A stretch of DNA of 64,000 bases. Origin: Candidatus Tenderia sp. Lineage in GTDB: Bacteria; Pseudomonadota; Gammaproteobacteria; Tenderiales; Tenderiaceae. Shown in pieces: positions 35,801-46,222 of this stretch. Positions within the stretch are counted from its first letter, which is position 1. Each line of letters begins with the position of its first letter. The notes below the pieces were generated by a model that was given only the letters and a program-made list of their open reading frames with translations, was not told the DNA's origin and did not search any database. The stretch is from NCBI GenBank assembly GCA_031416075.1, contig JANOSY010000017.1, positions 32,001 to 96,000 on the forward strand, given 5' to 3'. The translations under genes and the position numbers were made by a program.

Positions 35801-35875
35801 CGCGCCGGAGTCTCTCCAGCGCGCCCTGCAACGAACAATCTACCCGGTATTATTGGGTTATCGGATCAAGCGTAA
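32807..35875 (+). CDS. PAS/GAF sensor diguanylate cyclase-phosphodiesterase (GGDEF+EAL)
   Basis: Several PAS/PAC segments; HDLLTDLPNR, RLGGDEF, GVEALLRW and IDDFGVGYSSL motifs. Confidence 0.93.
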   Translation: MRQPSEKGITLYQSIVDLLPHGVICQDQNGNILTINAQAEHLLGLTREQLSHHPHTIHWGNLLCDNQQQPYNTHNHPALLALKKNRPVHHESCVIKSQRWLSIDSIPINTDGSPAVLSTLTDITELKQREEQAQSSLFKLSAIERINHISLDAETVEEMLEQALKELLATFNCDRAALLYPCNPDADSFSVPYEQTRPEWPGAKAQSRSVPMGSHTSELLLISLNSPQPLCFGGQNELPVPNEIKHHFHVLSQMVMTLHPKFGDPWALIIHHCTEEHLFNDEERWLFNEIGSRITNTLSNLIDLRNLRENEERYRSLVENAPDALFVLDATNHQLVDVNKNSCTMFGMRRSELLEIETYRLNPINQPNGLNSAKQFQHFIDQTLAGQQPVFEWVFINTDNRRLECEVRLIQIPNNKELLVRGSIIDISERKRKEAHMRQLSRALQQTADAITITDKYGVIEYVNPSFEAITGYSSAEVVGQTPQILSSQKHPPEFYQKLWRTISAGETFSDTITNKKKDGTLFDEEKTITPLKDDNGNITHFIATGRDITERINTQERLLHLAHHDLLTDLPNRGSFNERLQMEVKHAHRKERRVAVLFIDLDRFKIINDTLGHDVGDQVLQTAAVRLVNGLRASDTVARLGGDEFAILLPEIASTDEVTMITEKLLLELAKPLYINERELFISASIGISLYPDDSVDPRILVKHADMAMYRAKSMGRNTYRFFSAELSNRADERLTLESNLRRALEREEFCLHYQPQISFNTGRITGVEALLRWQQPGQGLTPPDQFIPILEETGLIIEVGEWVARNACQQLRHWHDAGYPIRMAINVSSRQFNDKRLEERVQKAIQQSGVPATAIELEITESLLMQNPSRTEQTLKNFAQMGINLAIDDFGVGYSSLSYLRRFPLNTLKIDRAFVNDITADPDDAAIITTIIAMAKALKLATVAEGVETQAQLDFLRALHCDTVQGYLFSKPVLPAEIDTLLTQYNGITEPQKEKGRAGVSPARPATNNLPGIIGLSDQA
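35787..35827 (-). terminator. Intrinsic terminator of yiaD, lying inside the 3' end of the EAL gene
   Basis: agggcgcgc...gcgcgccct stem, followed on the minus strand by TTTCTCTTTTT. Confidence 0.65.
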
Positions 35876-36524
35876 TCTCAACACGACGGTTACGCGCCTT
35901 GCCTTCAGCGGTATCATTGCTCGCCACTGGCTGCGACTCACCATGCCCCACCGCTGCCAGACGCTCAGTCGCCACACCATTATTATTCAGGTAGGTTGCC
36001 ACCGTTTGGGCACGCTGCTGTGACAGTCTCATATTGTAATCATCCGCACCGCTGCTATCGGTATGGCCTGCCACCGTTACCAGCGTTGACTTATATTCTT
36101 TAAGTACCAGATTCACAGAATCCAGCACACTAAAGAAGTTAGGCTTCAGCGCTGGGCTGTTAACATCAAACGTAATTGCACTCGGCATGTTCAGGATAAT
36201 ATTGTCACCGTTACGGGTCACACTCACCCCGGTGCTCTCCAACTTTTCGCGCAGCTTGGCCTCCTGGGTATCCATGTAATACCCCACACCACCACCGGCA
36301 ATAGCACCCACACCAGCACCTTTCAGGGCGCGCTTCTTGCGTGACTCTTTATCACCCGTTGCCGCCCCCAGAATCGCCCCCACTGCACCACCGATCACCG
36401 CACCAGAGGTCGCCTTAGCGGTCTGCTTTTCACCCGTATAAGGATTAATTGTCGAACAACCAGAAACACCCAGCGCCACAACAGCCACGCCCACCACCAA
36501 CCAACGACCTTTTTGCATATTCAT
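35850..36524 (-). CDS. OmpA-family lipoprotein (YiaD-like)
   Basis: Lipobox VSGC, glycine zipper, GHTDS, LSQQRA and NRRVEI motifs. Confidence 0.92.
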   Translation of the reverse strand: MNMQKGRWLVVGVAVVALGVSGCSTINPYTGEKQTAKATSGAVIGGAVGAILGAATGDKESRKKRALKGAGVGAIAGGGVGYYMDTQEAKLREKLESTGVSVTRNGDNIILNMPSAITFDVNSPALKPNFFSVLDSVNLVLKEYKSTLVTVAGHTDSSGADDYNMRLSQQRAQTVATYLNNNGVATERLAAVGHGESQPVASNDTAEGKARNRRVEITLDPITQ

Positions 36525-36688
36525 AAATAACCTGCTCCATACCTGTTGAAAATTTGGCCTATCTTACCCAATCAGCGCCCCCGCCACCAGAAAAGTACGA
36601 TCTTTTACAAAATCCCCCCCCAGATCAGCCATCAACACAATCCCAGTTACCGCTATAATGCCCCCCCATCCCAACCACGCCGTTGACC

Positions 36689-37846
36689 ATGCACAACTTC
36701 ACCGCCCTGCCACCCCTGAGCCTCTACATCCACATCCCATGGTGTGTGCGTAAATGCCCCTACTGCGACTTCAACTCCCACGAGCAGAAACAGGCACTGC
36801 CGGAAAAGCAGTACGTCGCCGCCCTGTTGGCCGACCTGGAGCAGGAGCTACCCAACATCTGGGGCCGTCCGGTACAGACCATCTTCATCGGCGGCGGCAC
36901 CCCCAGCCTCTTCTCCGCCGAAGCGCTGGATGAACTACTGTGCGGCATCCGCGCCCGGCTGCAGCTGCCACCCGGTGCCGAAATCACCCTGGAGGCCAAC
37001 CCTGGCACCGTCGAAGCAGGCAAGTTTCACGAGTTCCGGGCGCTGGGCATCAACCGCCTCTCCATCGGTGTACAGAGCTTCAATGATGATCTGCTAGAAA
37101 AAATTGGCCGCATCCACGGTCGCCGCGAAGCGATTCGCGCCGCCGAAGAGGCCCACGACGCCGATTTTGACAACTTCAACCTCGACCTGATGTTTGGCCT
37201 GCCACAACAGACCCTGGCCCAAGCCCTGGAGGATGTGCGCACCGCCTTTGCCTTGGAACCGACCCACCTCTCCCACTACCAGCTCACCCTCGAACCCAAC
37301 ACAATGTTCCACCACAACCCGCCGGCACTGCCCGACGACGAACTGCGCTGGGATATGCAGGAGCGCTGTCAGGATATAATTGCCGAACACGGATATGGCC
37401 ACTATGAGGTCTCCGCCTACGCCAAACAGGGCAAGCAGTGCCAGCACAACCTCAACTACTGGCGCTTTGGTGACTACCTTGGCATTGGTGCCGGTGCCCA
37501 CGGCAAAATCAGCGACGCCCAGTATCAAACCATCACCCGCCACAACAAACAGCGCAACCCCAACGACTACCTGCGCACCGCCCACAGCGCCGAGCGCGAC
37601 CAGGGACGCCACCGACTGACACGGGTCGACGTCGGCTTTGAGTTCATGCTCAACGCCCTGCGTCTAACCGAAGGGTTTGAATCACACCTCTTTCAAGACC
37701 ATACTGGCCTACCCATCAACATTGTCGAAAAACCGCTGCAACGCGCCGAAGAGCTGGAGCTGATTGAATGGAGCGCTACCCACATCCGCCCCACCGAACG
37801 CGGTCGCAACTATCTCAACGACCTGCTGCAACTGTTTCTACCGTAA
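36689..37846 (+). CDS. hemW: Radical SAM heme chaperone HemW
   Basis: YIHIPWCVRKCPYCDFNSH, GGGTPS, EANP, HYEVS and HNLNYW motifs. Confidence 0.92.
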   Translation: MHNFTALPPLSLYIHIPWCVRKCPYCDFNSHEQKQALPEKQYVAALLADLEQELPNIWGRPVQTIFIGGGTPSLFSAEALDELLCGIRARLQLPPGAEITLEANPGTVEAGKFHEFRALGINRLSIGVQSFNDDLLEKIGRIHGRREAIRAAEEAHDADFDNFNLDLMFGLPQQTLAQALEDVRTAFALEPTHLSHYQLTLEPNTMFHHNPPALPDDELRWDMQERCQDIIAEHGYGHYEVSAYAKQGKQCQHNLNYWRFGDYLGIGAGAHGKISDAQYQTITRHNKQRNPNDYLRTAHSAERDQGRHRLTRVDVGFEFMLNALRLTEGFESHLFQDHTGLPINIVEKPLQRAEELELIEWSATHIRPTERGRNYLNDLLQLFLP

Positions 37847-37889
37847 CGCTGGCTGCCGTTTTGCGGATAAACCCTGATAAACTCCTTAA

Positions 37890-38840
<951 letters not shown>

Positions 38841-38868
38841 TACGGCAGATGTAATCTACCGGGGGGCG

Positions 38869-39540
38869 TTAGCTCCTTCGGTAACGCTGATGCAACTCCA
38901 TCACCTTCTTCACATAGTTACGGGTTTCGGTATAAGGGGGGATGCCACCGTGGCGGATCACCGCATTTTCGCCGGCGTTATAGGCCGCCAGCGCCAAAGG
39001 CAATTCGTGGTTAAACATCACCAGCAGATCGCGCATGTAGCGTGAACCGCCCCAGATATTCTGTTCTGGATCAAAAATATCACGCACACCATAACGGGCT
39101 GCCGTCTCCGGCATCAACTGCATCAGACCACGCGCCCCCTTTGGCGAGGTGGCATGCACCCGGAAGGCCGACTCAGTCTGAATAATGGCACGTACCAGCG
39201 CCTTGTCGAGGTTAAAGGCCAGCGCTGCCTCCGCCATAATCTCCTTCAACTCCTCACTGGTAGGGGGCTCATCCAGCAGAGTGGTATTGATCGTGCCACG
39301 GGCAGTCTTGATATAGGGAGAACCGGGATTCTGGGGCGATACCTTGGCAGCTGTGCTAGCACGGCCACCAACACTGCTATCACGAAAGACCTTGTCGATC
39401 TTATAACGGCTGTGGGGTTTGATATTGGTGGCCGTTGTCACACCATTTTCATCACGATAGACGTAGATATCCGCCAGCACCGATGGTGCAGCCACCACCA
39501 TCGCTACCAGTACCCCCGCCATTTTAATCATTAGTTTCAT
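38869..39540 (-). CDS. Lytic transglycosylase (SLT domain) with N-terminal DUF4124-like region
   Basis: Signal peptide; TES, SPKGARGLMQLMP, AAYNAG and ETRNYV motifs. Confidence 0.9.
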   Translation of the reverse strand: MKLMIKMAGVLVAMVVAAPSVLADIYVYRDENGVTTATNIKPHSRYKIDKVFRDSSVGGRASTAAKVSPQNPGSPYIKTARGTINTTLLDEPPTSEELKEIMAEAALAFNLDKALVRAIIQTESAFRVHATSPKGARGLMQLMPETAARYGVRDIFDPEQNIWGGSRYMRDLLVMFNHELPLALAAYNAGENAVIRHGGIPPYTETRNYVKKVMELHQRYRRS

Positions 39541-39706
39541 CTATATATAACCAATCCGTTCCCAAGTATGCCTCTGCCTTCATCCGCGGCAGAGCGCCAT
39601 TCTAGCCCGGATTATTGTAGACGCACAGGGGCAACCCCGTGCTTACGACTGTATCGGCACCGCCAAAGGGTTGCGCGAGCCTGTTCACAAAGCCATAAAC
39701 CACCCA

Positions 39707-40537
39707 CTACCCCGGCTGGCAGACACCCTGGCAGGCCACATTAAACCAGCGCAACACCGGCTCATCGATCCGCACCGCCGTCAGCTGTCCACCCCAAAGG
39801 CAACCACTATCCAGCGATATGGCCCCCTCCATCACCCCCACCCCCAGCGTTGACCAATGGCCAAAGATGATCGGCAGCGCCGCTGTCTTGCGCCCCGGCA
39901 CGGCAAACCACGGCAGATAGCCGGGCTGCTGTGAGCCAACCTCCCCTTTATCCTTGAGATTCATCACCCCCTCGGCGGTGCAGTAACGCATCCGGGTTAA
40001 GGCGTTGGTGATAAAGCGCAGCCGGTTGATGCCGGAGAGTTCGGGCGACCAGCAGTTAGGTTCATTGCCATACATGTGCAGCAGGAACTCATGGTAGCCA
40101 GGGCCACGCAGCACCGCCTCCAGCTCGCGGGCGCACCCCTGTGCCGTGGCCAGATCCCACTGCGGCGGCAACCCAGCGTGCACCATGGTGTAACCCAGCG
40201 TGGCATCGTGGTGCAACAGCGGTTGATGGCGCAACCAGGCGATCAGCTCCTCGCCATCCGGGGCGTCGAGGATCGGTTGCAGCGTATCCTTAGCCAGTTT
40301 TTTGCCACAGCCAGCGGCCACCGCCAGCAGATGCAGGTCATGATTGCCCAACACCGTCACGGCGCAGTTATTCATGTTACTGATCAACCGCAACACCTCC
40401 AGCGACTGGGGGCCACGGTTGACCAGATCACCACAGAACCAGAGTCTGTCACTGCCTTCGCTGAAGCCGATGTGGTCCAGCAACCGCATCAGCTCGTCAT
40501 AACACCCCTGTAGATCACCGATGGCATAGACCGCCAT
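39707..40537 (-). CDS. apaH: Symmetrical Ap4A hydrolase
   Basis: YAIGDLQGC, GDLVNRGP, LGNHDLH, FGHW and DSGCLWGG motifs. Confidence 0.94.
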   Translation of the reverse strand: MAVYAIGDLQGCYDELMRLLDHIGFSEGSDRLWFCGDLVNRGPQSLEVLRLISNMNNCAVTVLGNHDLHLLAVAAGCGKKLAKDTLQPILDAPDGEELIAWLRHQPLLHHDATLGYTMVHAGLPPQWDLATAQGCARELEAVLRGPGYHEFLLHMYGNEPNCWSPELSGINRLRFITNALTRMRYCTAEGVMNLKDKGEVGSQQPGYLPWFAVPGRKTAALPIIFGHWSTLGVGVMEGAISLDSGCLWGGQLTAVRIDEPVLRWFNVACQGVCQPG

Positions 40538-40568
40538 AACATTGTTGCTCCCACTATATATAAGAATG

Positions 40569-40639
40569 CCGCGCCATGGCATCGGTCGCCTTCACCAGCG
40601 CCGCCGTGGTATTTGGCTCGCTGGCGCAGTGGCCAGCAT
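40569..40639 (-). repeat. Displaced copy of the pip 3' end (direct repeat of 42778-42848)
   Basis: 68/71 nt identical; translates AGHCASEPNTTAALVKATDAMAR, continuing HSYI* just before the apaH RBS. Confidence 0.9.
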
Positions 40640-40935
40640 ACCCAGCGCCACCTGCCCAGCCAACCATAACATCCCAAAAACAGAACCGCCCCTTCCGGGA
40701 TGGCTTGGTTGCAATAATTGAAGACTCGGCGGGGTGATCCCTTAATGAATCCTGAGGATGGTGTTGTTGTCGTTATCCACTGTGAATGACTTGGTTATTC
40801 GTCGATGCCCAAACATCTACCTTTCTGCACGGCACAACTCGCTCATCACTTAAAATCCCACAAGCGGAACGAATCTATGGAGGCCGCCTCCTACTCGCCA
40901 AGTTTTTACGATCACCTCAGTGGGAAGATTAGCCA

Positions 40936-41448
40936 TCACTTGGTTGCAATCTCTTTGAGACCGGTTTCATCAAGCGTGAATTGGATGGTCGTCTCACGCG
41001 ACGGGCAGCAAAGAGGGTCTGCGTCTGCATACTCATGATTAGCAAGGGTGATGACACCGTTTTTAACCCCGCGAAGCTCAACAAACCTGCGCCCCTTTTC
41101 TCCCGCTTCGACAAATGCAACAACACGGTACGATTGCGGCATTCGTTTACCAACTTTGCCTTCGTTTTTGGCAAAAACGGTGAGTATTTGAGTGTTTGTA
41201 TTACCGCCCCCCCAACCTCCCATGTAGAACAGCACGACCGCACCGGCTTTTGCTTTTTTCCACGGTGAGGAGGTAAATTCCGCGATCGTGATATTTTCGG
41301 GATAGAAGACTGCATGTCCGTCGGTCAGACTCATCGATAGCTGCGTGACTGCAATCTTGAGTTCTTTTGGCAATCCCTCCGCTGCACCCCCAACTTGGAA
41401 CGCCGAGGTAATAAGCATGAAAGCCGCCACGGCAAAGCGTTTGTTCAT
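40936..41448 (-). CDS. Exported protein with DPLCCPS motif; putative immunity protein
   Basis: Signal peptide MNKRFAVAAFMLITSAFQVGGA; directly downstream of the lysozyme-like gene. Confidence 0.6.
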   Translation of the reverse strand: MNKRFAVAAFMLITSAFQVGGAAEGLPKELKIAVTQLSMSLTDGHAVFYPENITIAEFTSSPWKKAKAGAVVLFYMGGWGGGNTNTQILTVFAKNEGKVGKRMPQSYRVVAFVEAGEKGRRFVELRGVKNGVITLANHEYADADPLCCPSRETTIQFTLDETGLKEIATK

Positions 41449-41572
41449 GACGGCAACACCACGGGCAAAAACCGAAATAGCCACTATCTTTCCTCCAGCT
41501 TCTCGTTGCCATCTAGCTTATTTTGATCCACGCCGCCTATCCTCAACATTACATTAATGGATATAGCTTTCA

Positions 41573-42061
41573 TCACTTACCCCCCATTACCTTATTCCAT
41601 TTTTCTACATACTTCTGCCACGTCCCTAAACCGCCCGCCGTATTGTAAAAGTCTTTCCAATAGCGGGCCATCGCCACAACCTCGCCCGCCGTAGGCAAAG
41701 GCCACTTAACACGGGCATAGTGTGCCCGCGCCATCGCACAGGCATATTTATCATTTTTTTCCAGCTCAACAAGCTTGTCCGCATCAGGGGATGTCATAAG
41801 TGAGCTGATTGCCCGCGCCAGATCAGGCTTATATTTCAAAAAATTATTCCATATATCATCATGCGTTGCGGGTTCCATTTGAAAAAAACTCCGTGCTGGC
41901 CCACGAGGAAACTGCCTTCTGTGCACCAAGTCGCTTTCCACGATAGCCGTGCCCAGTAGCAACTCCCCGGCTGCGGGAGTCCATAGTTCGATACTCCGCA
42001 ATGCCGGGCGAATGGTATTTTCAAGAAATATAATAGCGTCATGCTTTGTTGTCATAATCAT
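41573..42061 (-). CDS. Lysozyme-like (phage endolysin-type) protein; putative peptidoglycan-targeting effector
   Basis: LLLGTAIVES (candidate catalytic Glu), GPARSFFQMEPAT and YWKDFYNT motifs; no signal peptide. Confidence 0.65.
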   Translation of the reverse strand: MIMTTKHDAIIFLENTIRPALRSIELWTPAAGELLLGTAIVESDLVHRRQFPRGPARSFFQMEPATHDDIWNNFLKYKPDLARAISSLMTSPDADKLVELEKNDKYACAMARAHYARVKWPLPTAGEVVAMARYWKDFYNTAGGLGTWQKYVEKWNKVMGGK

Positions 42062-42132
42062 TCCTTGCAGAAGGTTGGCAGAGTGTGTAGCTCAAAATAC
42101 GCCGCTGCACACCAACAGGAGCGGCATACGAT

Positions 42133-42615
42133 TTATAGTGGTTTGGCAACCGCTAGGTCATACCCTACCCGTTGTGGATTGGAGGCTTTATTCTTCGCAT
42201 CAAAGTCACTGTAACTGATCATAACTTTTGAAAAACTGAGTGCAATATTCTCCACTGGCTCCCCTTCAGCACCGGCAGAGAGAATAAAACCACTGACCAG
42301 ACAATTCTCAAGCGTATAACTCATATATTCCTGCACCTTGCCTGCGCCGGTACGCACAAACTTGATCACGACGGTCTTGCCCGCTGCACCACTAACCGAC
42401 TCCTTGAACAACGAAGTAGTCGAGATATCTGTACGCTTGGTAACTTTCACTGCAGTAATGGTTGGGCGCGTCGCTTCACGGTTGGCCAGATTGCCCGCTT
42501 CCATGCTAACGTTACGCTTAATCTCAAAGCCCGCCATACTAAGTGCAATATGCCCTGCATAGCCGTCTGCCGTAACGTTCCCGTGAATTCCGTCGTACTT
42601 CATATATATAGACAT
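42133..42615 (-). CDS. hcp: Type VI secretion tube protein Hcp
   Basis: IYMKYDGIHG, TKRTD.ST..LF, YTLENCLVS, E.IALSFSKV and GYDL motifs; 160 aa. Confidence 0.9.
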   Translation of the reverse strand: MSIYMKYDGIHGNVTADGYAGHIALSMAGFEIKRNVSMEAGNLANREATRPTITAVKVTKRTDISTTSLFKESVSGAAGKTVVIKFVRTGAGKVQEYMSYTLENCLVSGFILSAGAEGEPVENIALSFSKVMISYSDFDAKNKASNPQRVGYDLAVAKPL

Positions 42616-42768
42616 GTTTCACCCTTTCACTTTAGCTTTATGCAAAATAAAACATCCAATTAAGATAAAATTTCAAAACAGAAGCAGCCACTGCTCGCGC
42701 CAATTAGTGTATGTCGGTCTGATTGTTACCCAAATCACAACAACGAGACAATATACATATTCAAAATA

Positions 42769-43716
42769 TTAAAAACACCGCGCCATCGCATCGGTCGCCT
42801 TCACCAGCGCTGCCGTGGTATTTGGCTCGCTGGCGGAGTGGCCAGCATCGGCAATAACGTGCAGCTCTGAGTTTGGCCAGCGCTGCTGCAGCTGCCAGGC
42901 GTTTTCAATCGGGCAGACCACGTCGTAACGACCGTGCACGATGATGCCGGGGATGTCGCGCAGTTTGTCGGCGTTGTTGAGTATCTGGTTGTCGCTCAGG
43001 AAGGTGTTGTTCATGAAGTAGTGGCACTCAATGCGTGCCAGACTCAGGGCGGTGAACGGGTCACTGAAGTGGTCCGTCACAGTTTTTGATGGCAGCAGCG
43101 TGGCGCAGCGCCCCTCCCAAATCGACCACGCCTTGGCCGCCGCCATGCGCTCCACTTCGTTGTCGCTGGTGAGCCGTTTGTAGAAAGCCGGCACCAACAT
43201 GTTGCGCTCTGCTTCGGGAATTGGTTTGAGGTAATCCTGCCAATAGTCGGGGAAGAGGCGGCTTGCCCCCTCCTGGTAGAACCAGTGGATCTCCTGCGGC
43301 CGGCAGAGAAAGATGCCGCGCAAGATCAACCCGAGCACCCGTTCGGGATGGGTCTCGGCATAGACCAGCCCCAGCGTTGAGCCCCACGAACCGCCAAATA
43401 CCACCCACTTGTCGATACTGAGTTTTGTACGGATCAACTCCATATCACTCACCAGCGCCTGGGTAGTATTGCCACTCAACTCGGCATGAGGCGATGAACG
43501 GCCACAACCGCGCTGATCAAAGAGCACGATACGATAACGTTCAGGATCAAAAAAACTGCGGTGATAAGGCTCGCAACCGGAACCGGGGCCGCCATGGAGA
43601 AAGACTACGGGTATGCCCTTGGGGTTGCCACACTCCTCTACATAGAGGCGATGCGGTGCATCAACATCAAAATGGTGGGTAACGTAGGGATTGATTGGGG
43701 GATAGAGAGCGGGCAT
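42769..43716 (-). CDS. pip: Prolyl aminopeptidase
   Basis: HGGPG, DQRGCGRS, GGSWGSTL, GRYD and AGHS motifs. Confidence 0.94.
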   Translation of the reverse strand: MPALYPPINPYVTHHFDVDAPHRLYVEECGNPKGIPVVFLHGGPGSGCEPYHRSFFDPERYRIVLFDQRGCGRSSPHAELSGNTTQALVSDMELIRTKLSIDKWVVFGGSWGSTLGLVYAETHPERVLGLILRGIFLCRPQEIHWFYQEGASRLFPDYWQDYLKPIPEAERNMLVPAFYKRLTSDNEVERMAAAKAWSIWEGRCATLLPSKTVTDHFSDPFTALSLARIECHYFMNNTFLSDNQILNNADKLRDIPGIIVHGRYDVVCPIENAWQLQQRWPNSELHVIADAGHSASEPNTTAALVKATDAMARCF

Positions 43717-43755
43717 CGAGTCGGTCCTTCGTGGATTTATCGAGTCCAATATACA

Positions 43756-43785
43756 ACCCCTCCCCCGCGATTGGGAGAGGGGCGT
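43756..43785. terminator. Hairpin between typA and pip
   Basis: acccctcccc...gggagagggg imperfect stem. Confidence 0.35.
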
Positions 43786-43793
43786 TACTGCAG

Positions 43794-45611
43794 TTACGCG
43801 CCGGCGCGTGTAGGACGCTTGCGGCCCGCTTCGGTGAGCTGCTTTTTACGCAGACGGATGTGATTAGGGGTGACCTCAACCAGTTCGTCCTCATCGATGA
43901 ACTCCAACGCCTGCTCCAGGGTGTGGCGAGTCGGCGGTGTCAACACCTGTGCTTCATCAGTCCCTGAGGCACGCATGTTGGTGAGCTGCTTGCCCTTGAG
44001 CGGGTTAACCACCAAGTCGTTATCACGCGAGTGCAGACCGATGATCATGCCTTCATAGACCTCATCACCATGGCCGAGGAAGAGACGACCACGATCTTGC
44101 AGAGCGAAGAGCGAAAAGGTCAGTGCCTTGCCCGCACCGTTGGAGATCAATACGCCGTTACCACGGGTACCATAGGAACCCTTCTTCATCGGGCCGTAAT
44201 GATCAAAGACGCTATACAGCAATCCAGTACCCTGGGTAGCGGTCAGGAACTCTGTACGGAAGCCGATCAGGCCACGTGAAGGCATGATGTAGTCAAGACG
44301 CACACGTCCCTTGCCGTCAGGCATCATGTTCTTGAGATCGCCACCGCGTATGCCAAGCTTCTCCATTACGCTGCCCTGGTTGACCTCTTCTACGTCAACG
44401 GTCAACTGCTCGTACGGCTCCTGCTTTTCGCCATCCACTTCGCGGAAGATAACTTCCGGACGGGAGACACCCAGCTCGAACCCTTCACGACGCATGTTTT
44501 CGATCAGTACTGACAGATGCAGCTCACCACGACCGGAGACGCGGAATTTGTCTGGATCAACGGTATCTTCAACACGCAGGGCAACGTTGTGGATCAGCTC
44601 TTTATCAAGACGTTCGCGAATCTGGCGTGAGGTGACGTACTTGCCATCCTTACCGGCAAACGGTGAGTTGTTGACTTGGAAGGTCATGCTCACAGTCGGC
44701 TGGTCAACACTCAATGGCACCAGCGCTTCAACAGCGCCTGGATCACACAGGGTATCGGAGATGCGCAGCCCTTCAACACCCGTGAAGGCGACGATGTCAC
44801 CGGCACGGGCATCGGCCACTTCAATACGCTCCAGACCGAGGAAACCGAAAATCTGAAGGATACGGGCGTTGCGACGTTTACCGGCAGCATCTACTACTAC
44901 AACATTGGTATTGGTCTTGACACGACCACGGCTGATACGGCCGATCCCGATTACACCCACATAGTTGTTGTAGTCGAGCTGCGATACCTGCAACTGGAAG
45001 GGACCTTCAATATCCACCTGGGGTGGATGAACCTTATCAACGATGGTCTGCAACAGCGGTGTCATGTCGCCGCTGCGCACGGTTGGCTCCAGACCGGCAA
45101 AGCCGTTCAGGCCAGAGGCGTAAACCACCGGGAAGTCGAGCTGCTCATCGGTGGCGCCAAGGCGGTCGAAGAGTTCAAAGGTCTGATCCAAGGCCCAATC
45201 GGCACGGGCGCTGTCACGGTCAACCTTGTTGATGACCACAATCGGCTTCAGGCCACGGGCCAGCGCCTTCTGGGTCACAAAACGGGTCTGCGGCATCGGG
45301 CCGTCAACGGCATCCACCAGCAGCAGCACCGAATCAACCATAGAGAGTACACGTTCCACTTCGCCGCCAAAGTCGGCGTGGCCGGGGGTATCCACGATGT
45401 TGATGTGATACTCGCCCCAGTTGATGGCGGTGTTTTTAGCCAGGATAGTAATACCGCGTTCGCGCTCCTGGTCGTTGGAGTCCATGGCGCGCTCAGCCAA
45501 CTGCACCCGCTCGCCGAGGGTGTTGGACTGCTTGAGCAATTGGTCAACCAAAGTAGTCTTACCATGGTCAACGTGAGCAATGATGGCGATATTACGGAGA
45601 TTCTCGATCAC
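43794..45611 (-). CDS. typA: Translational GTPase TypA/BipA
   Basis: [31 protein letters not shown] and GRGELHL motifs; GTG start. Confidence 0.96.
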   Translation of the reverse strand: MIENLRNIAIIAHVDHGKTTLVDQLLKQSNTLGERVQLAERAMDSNDQERERGITILAKNTAINWGEYHINIVDTPGHADFGGEVERVLSMVDSVLLLVDAVDGPMPQTRFVTQKALARGLKPIVVINKVDRDSARADWALDQTFELFDRLGATDEQLDFPVVYASGLNGFAGLEPTVRSGDMTPLLQTIVDKVHPPQVDIEGPFQLQVSQLDYNNYVGVIGIGRISRGRVKTNTNVVVVDAAGKRRNARILQIFGFLGLERIEVADARAGDIVAFTGVEGLRISDTLCDPGAVEALVPLSVDQPTVSMTFQVNNSPFAGKDGKYVTSRQIRERLDKELIHNVALRVEDTVDPDKFRVSGRGELHLSVLIENMRREGFELGVSRPEVIFREVDGEKQEPYEQLTVDVEEVNQGSVMEKLGIRGGDLKNMMPDGKGRVRLDYIMPSRGLIGFRTEFLTATQGTGLLYSVFDHYGPMKKGSYGTRGNGVLISNGAGKALTFSLFALQDRGRLFLGHGDEVYEGMIIGLHSRDNDLVVNPLKGKQLTNMRASGTDEAQVLTPPTRHTLEQALEFIDEDELVEVTPNHIRLRKKQLTEAGRKRPTRAGA

Positions 45612-45709
45612 GACGGGAGGCCTCAAAAATGGAAGTGCAGAATTTAAAGACGGCGGATTATATCCCAAATCGAGTAAAAAAGCCGCAACAACCGCAACGG
45701 CTCAAGTTT

Positions 45710-45919
45710 CTATTCGTCTCGTCGCTGCTGGTAGCTGTCGTAGGCTTCACGCTCAGGGCAGTGTTGCCCCGGTGTTTTTTGGCACTCCAGCTGCTGCCTG
45801 GTTTGCAAAGATTCATAGGTCAATCGTCTGCCCCCCTCACTGCACCCCTGCATCAGGCACAACATCACCACACCTATTAGTGTGTAAACCACCCGCTTAA
45901 CCCCGCCTGCTGTCATCAA
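45710..45919 (-). CDS. Small putative lipoprotein
   Basis: Hydrophobic stretch, MQGC lipobox and two further Cys; start uncertain. Confidence 0.55.
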   Translation of the reverse strand: MMTAGGVKRVVYTLIGVVMLCLMQGCSEGGRRLTYESLQTRQQLECQKTPGQHCPEREAYDSYQQRRDE

Positions 45920-45998
45920 AGCTTAATCCTCCTGACCCCAAACCGTAAGATTCCCGCCTCAAGATAGCACCTCCAAACAGAGCAACAAGGAGAACAAC

Positions 45999-46193
45999 AT
46001 GGAATTTTACATTAAAGAGTGGACCGACAAGAGCGCCTCACTGATCACCCGTGATGGCTACCGCCTCTGGACCTTTGCCAGCGTTGACTCGGCCCTGACC
46101 GCCTGCCGCGACTGGTACCGTGTCTCTGAAGAGCGTGTTATCCCCAGCTTTGATGAAGGCGCCAGCAACCAGACCCTGGCCTGCTCTGTCTGA
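45999..46193 (+). CDS. Small hypothetical protein
   Basis: AAGGAG RBS; 64-aa ORF in an intergenic gap. Confidence 0.6.
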   Translation: MEFYIKEWTDKSASLITRDGYRLWTFASVDSALTACRDWYRVSEERVIPSFDEGASNQTLACSV

Positions 46194-46222
46194 GCACCCT
46201 CCCACATAGGCACAGAATGGAG

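Larger units (their letters stand above)
40640..42777 (-). mobile_element. Genomic islet inserted in the pip 3' end (hcp / lysozyme-like / exported protein)
   Basis: Bounded by 71-bp direct repeats; visibly more AT-rich than pip and apaH; no integrase present. Confidence 0.7.

Noticed and set aside
35760-35875. Overlap of the EAL gene with yiaD as a special feature
   Set aside because: A short, non-domain tail running through the yiaD terminator; ordinary for convergent genes.
41573-42615. Prophage remnant (endolysin + tail tube)
   Set aside because: No holin, integrase or structural phage genes; the tube protein has T6SS Hcp motifs.
40569-42848. 71-bp repeat pair as a diversity-generating retroelement TR/VR
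   Set aside because: Only 3 mismatches, not adenine-specific, and no reverse transcriptase; an integration-type duplication explains it better.
44676-45647. 323-aa plus-strand ORF
   Set aside because: Antisense shadow of typA.
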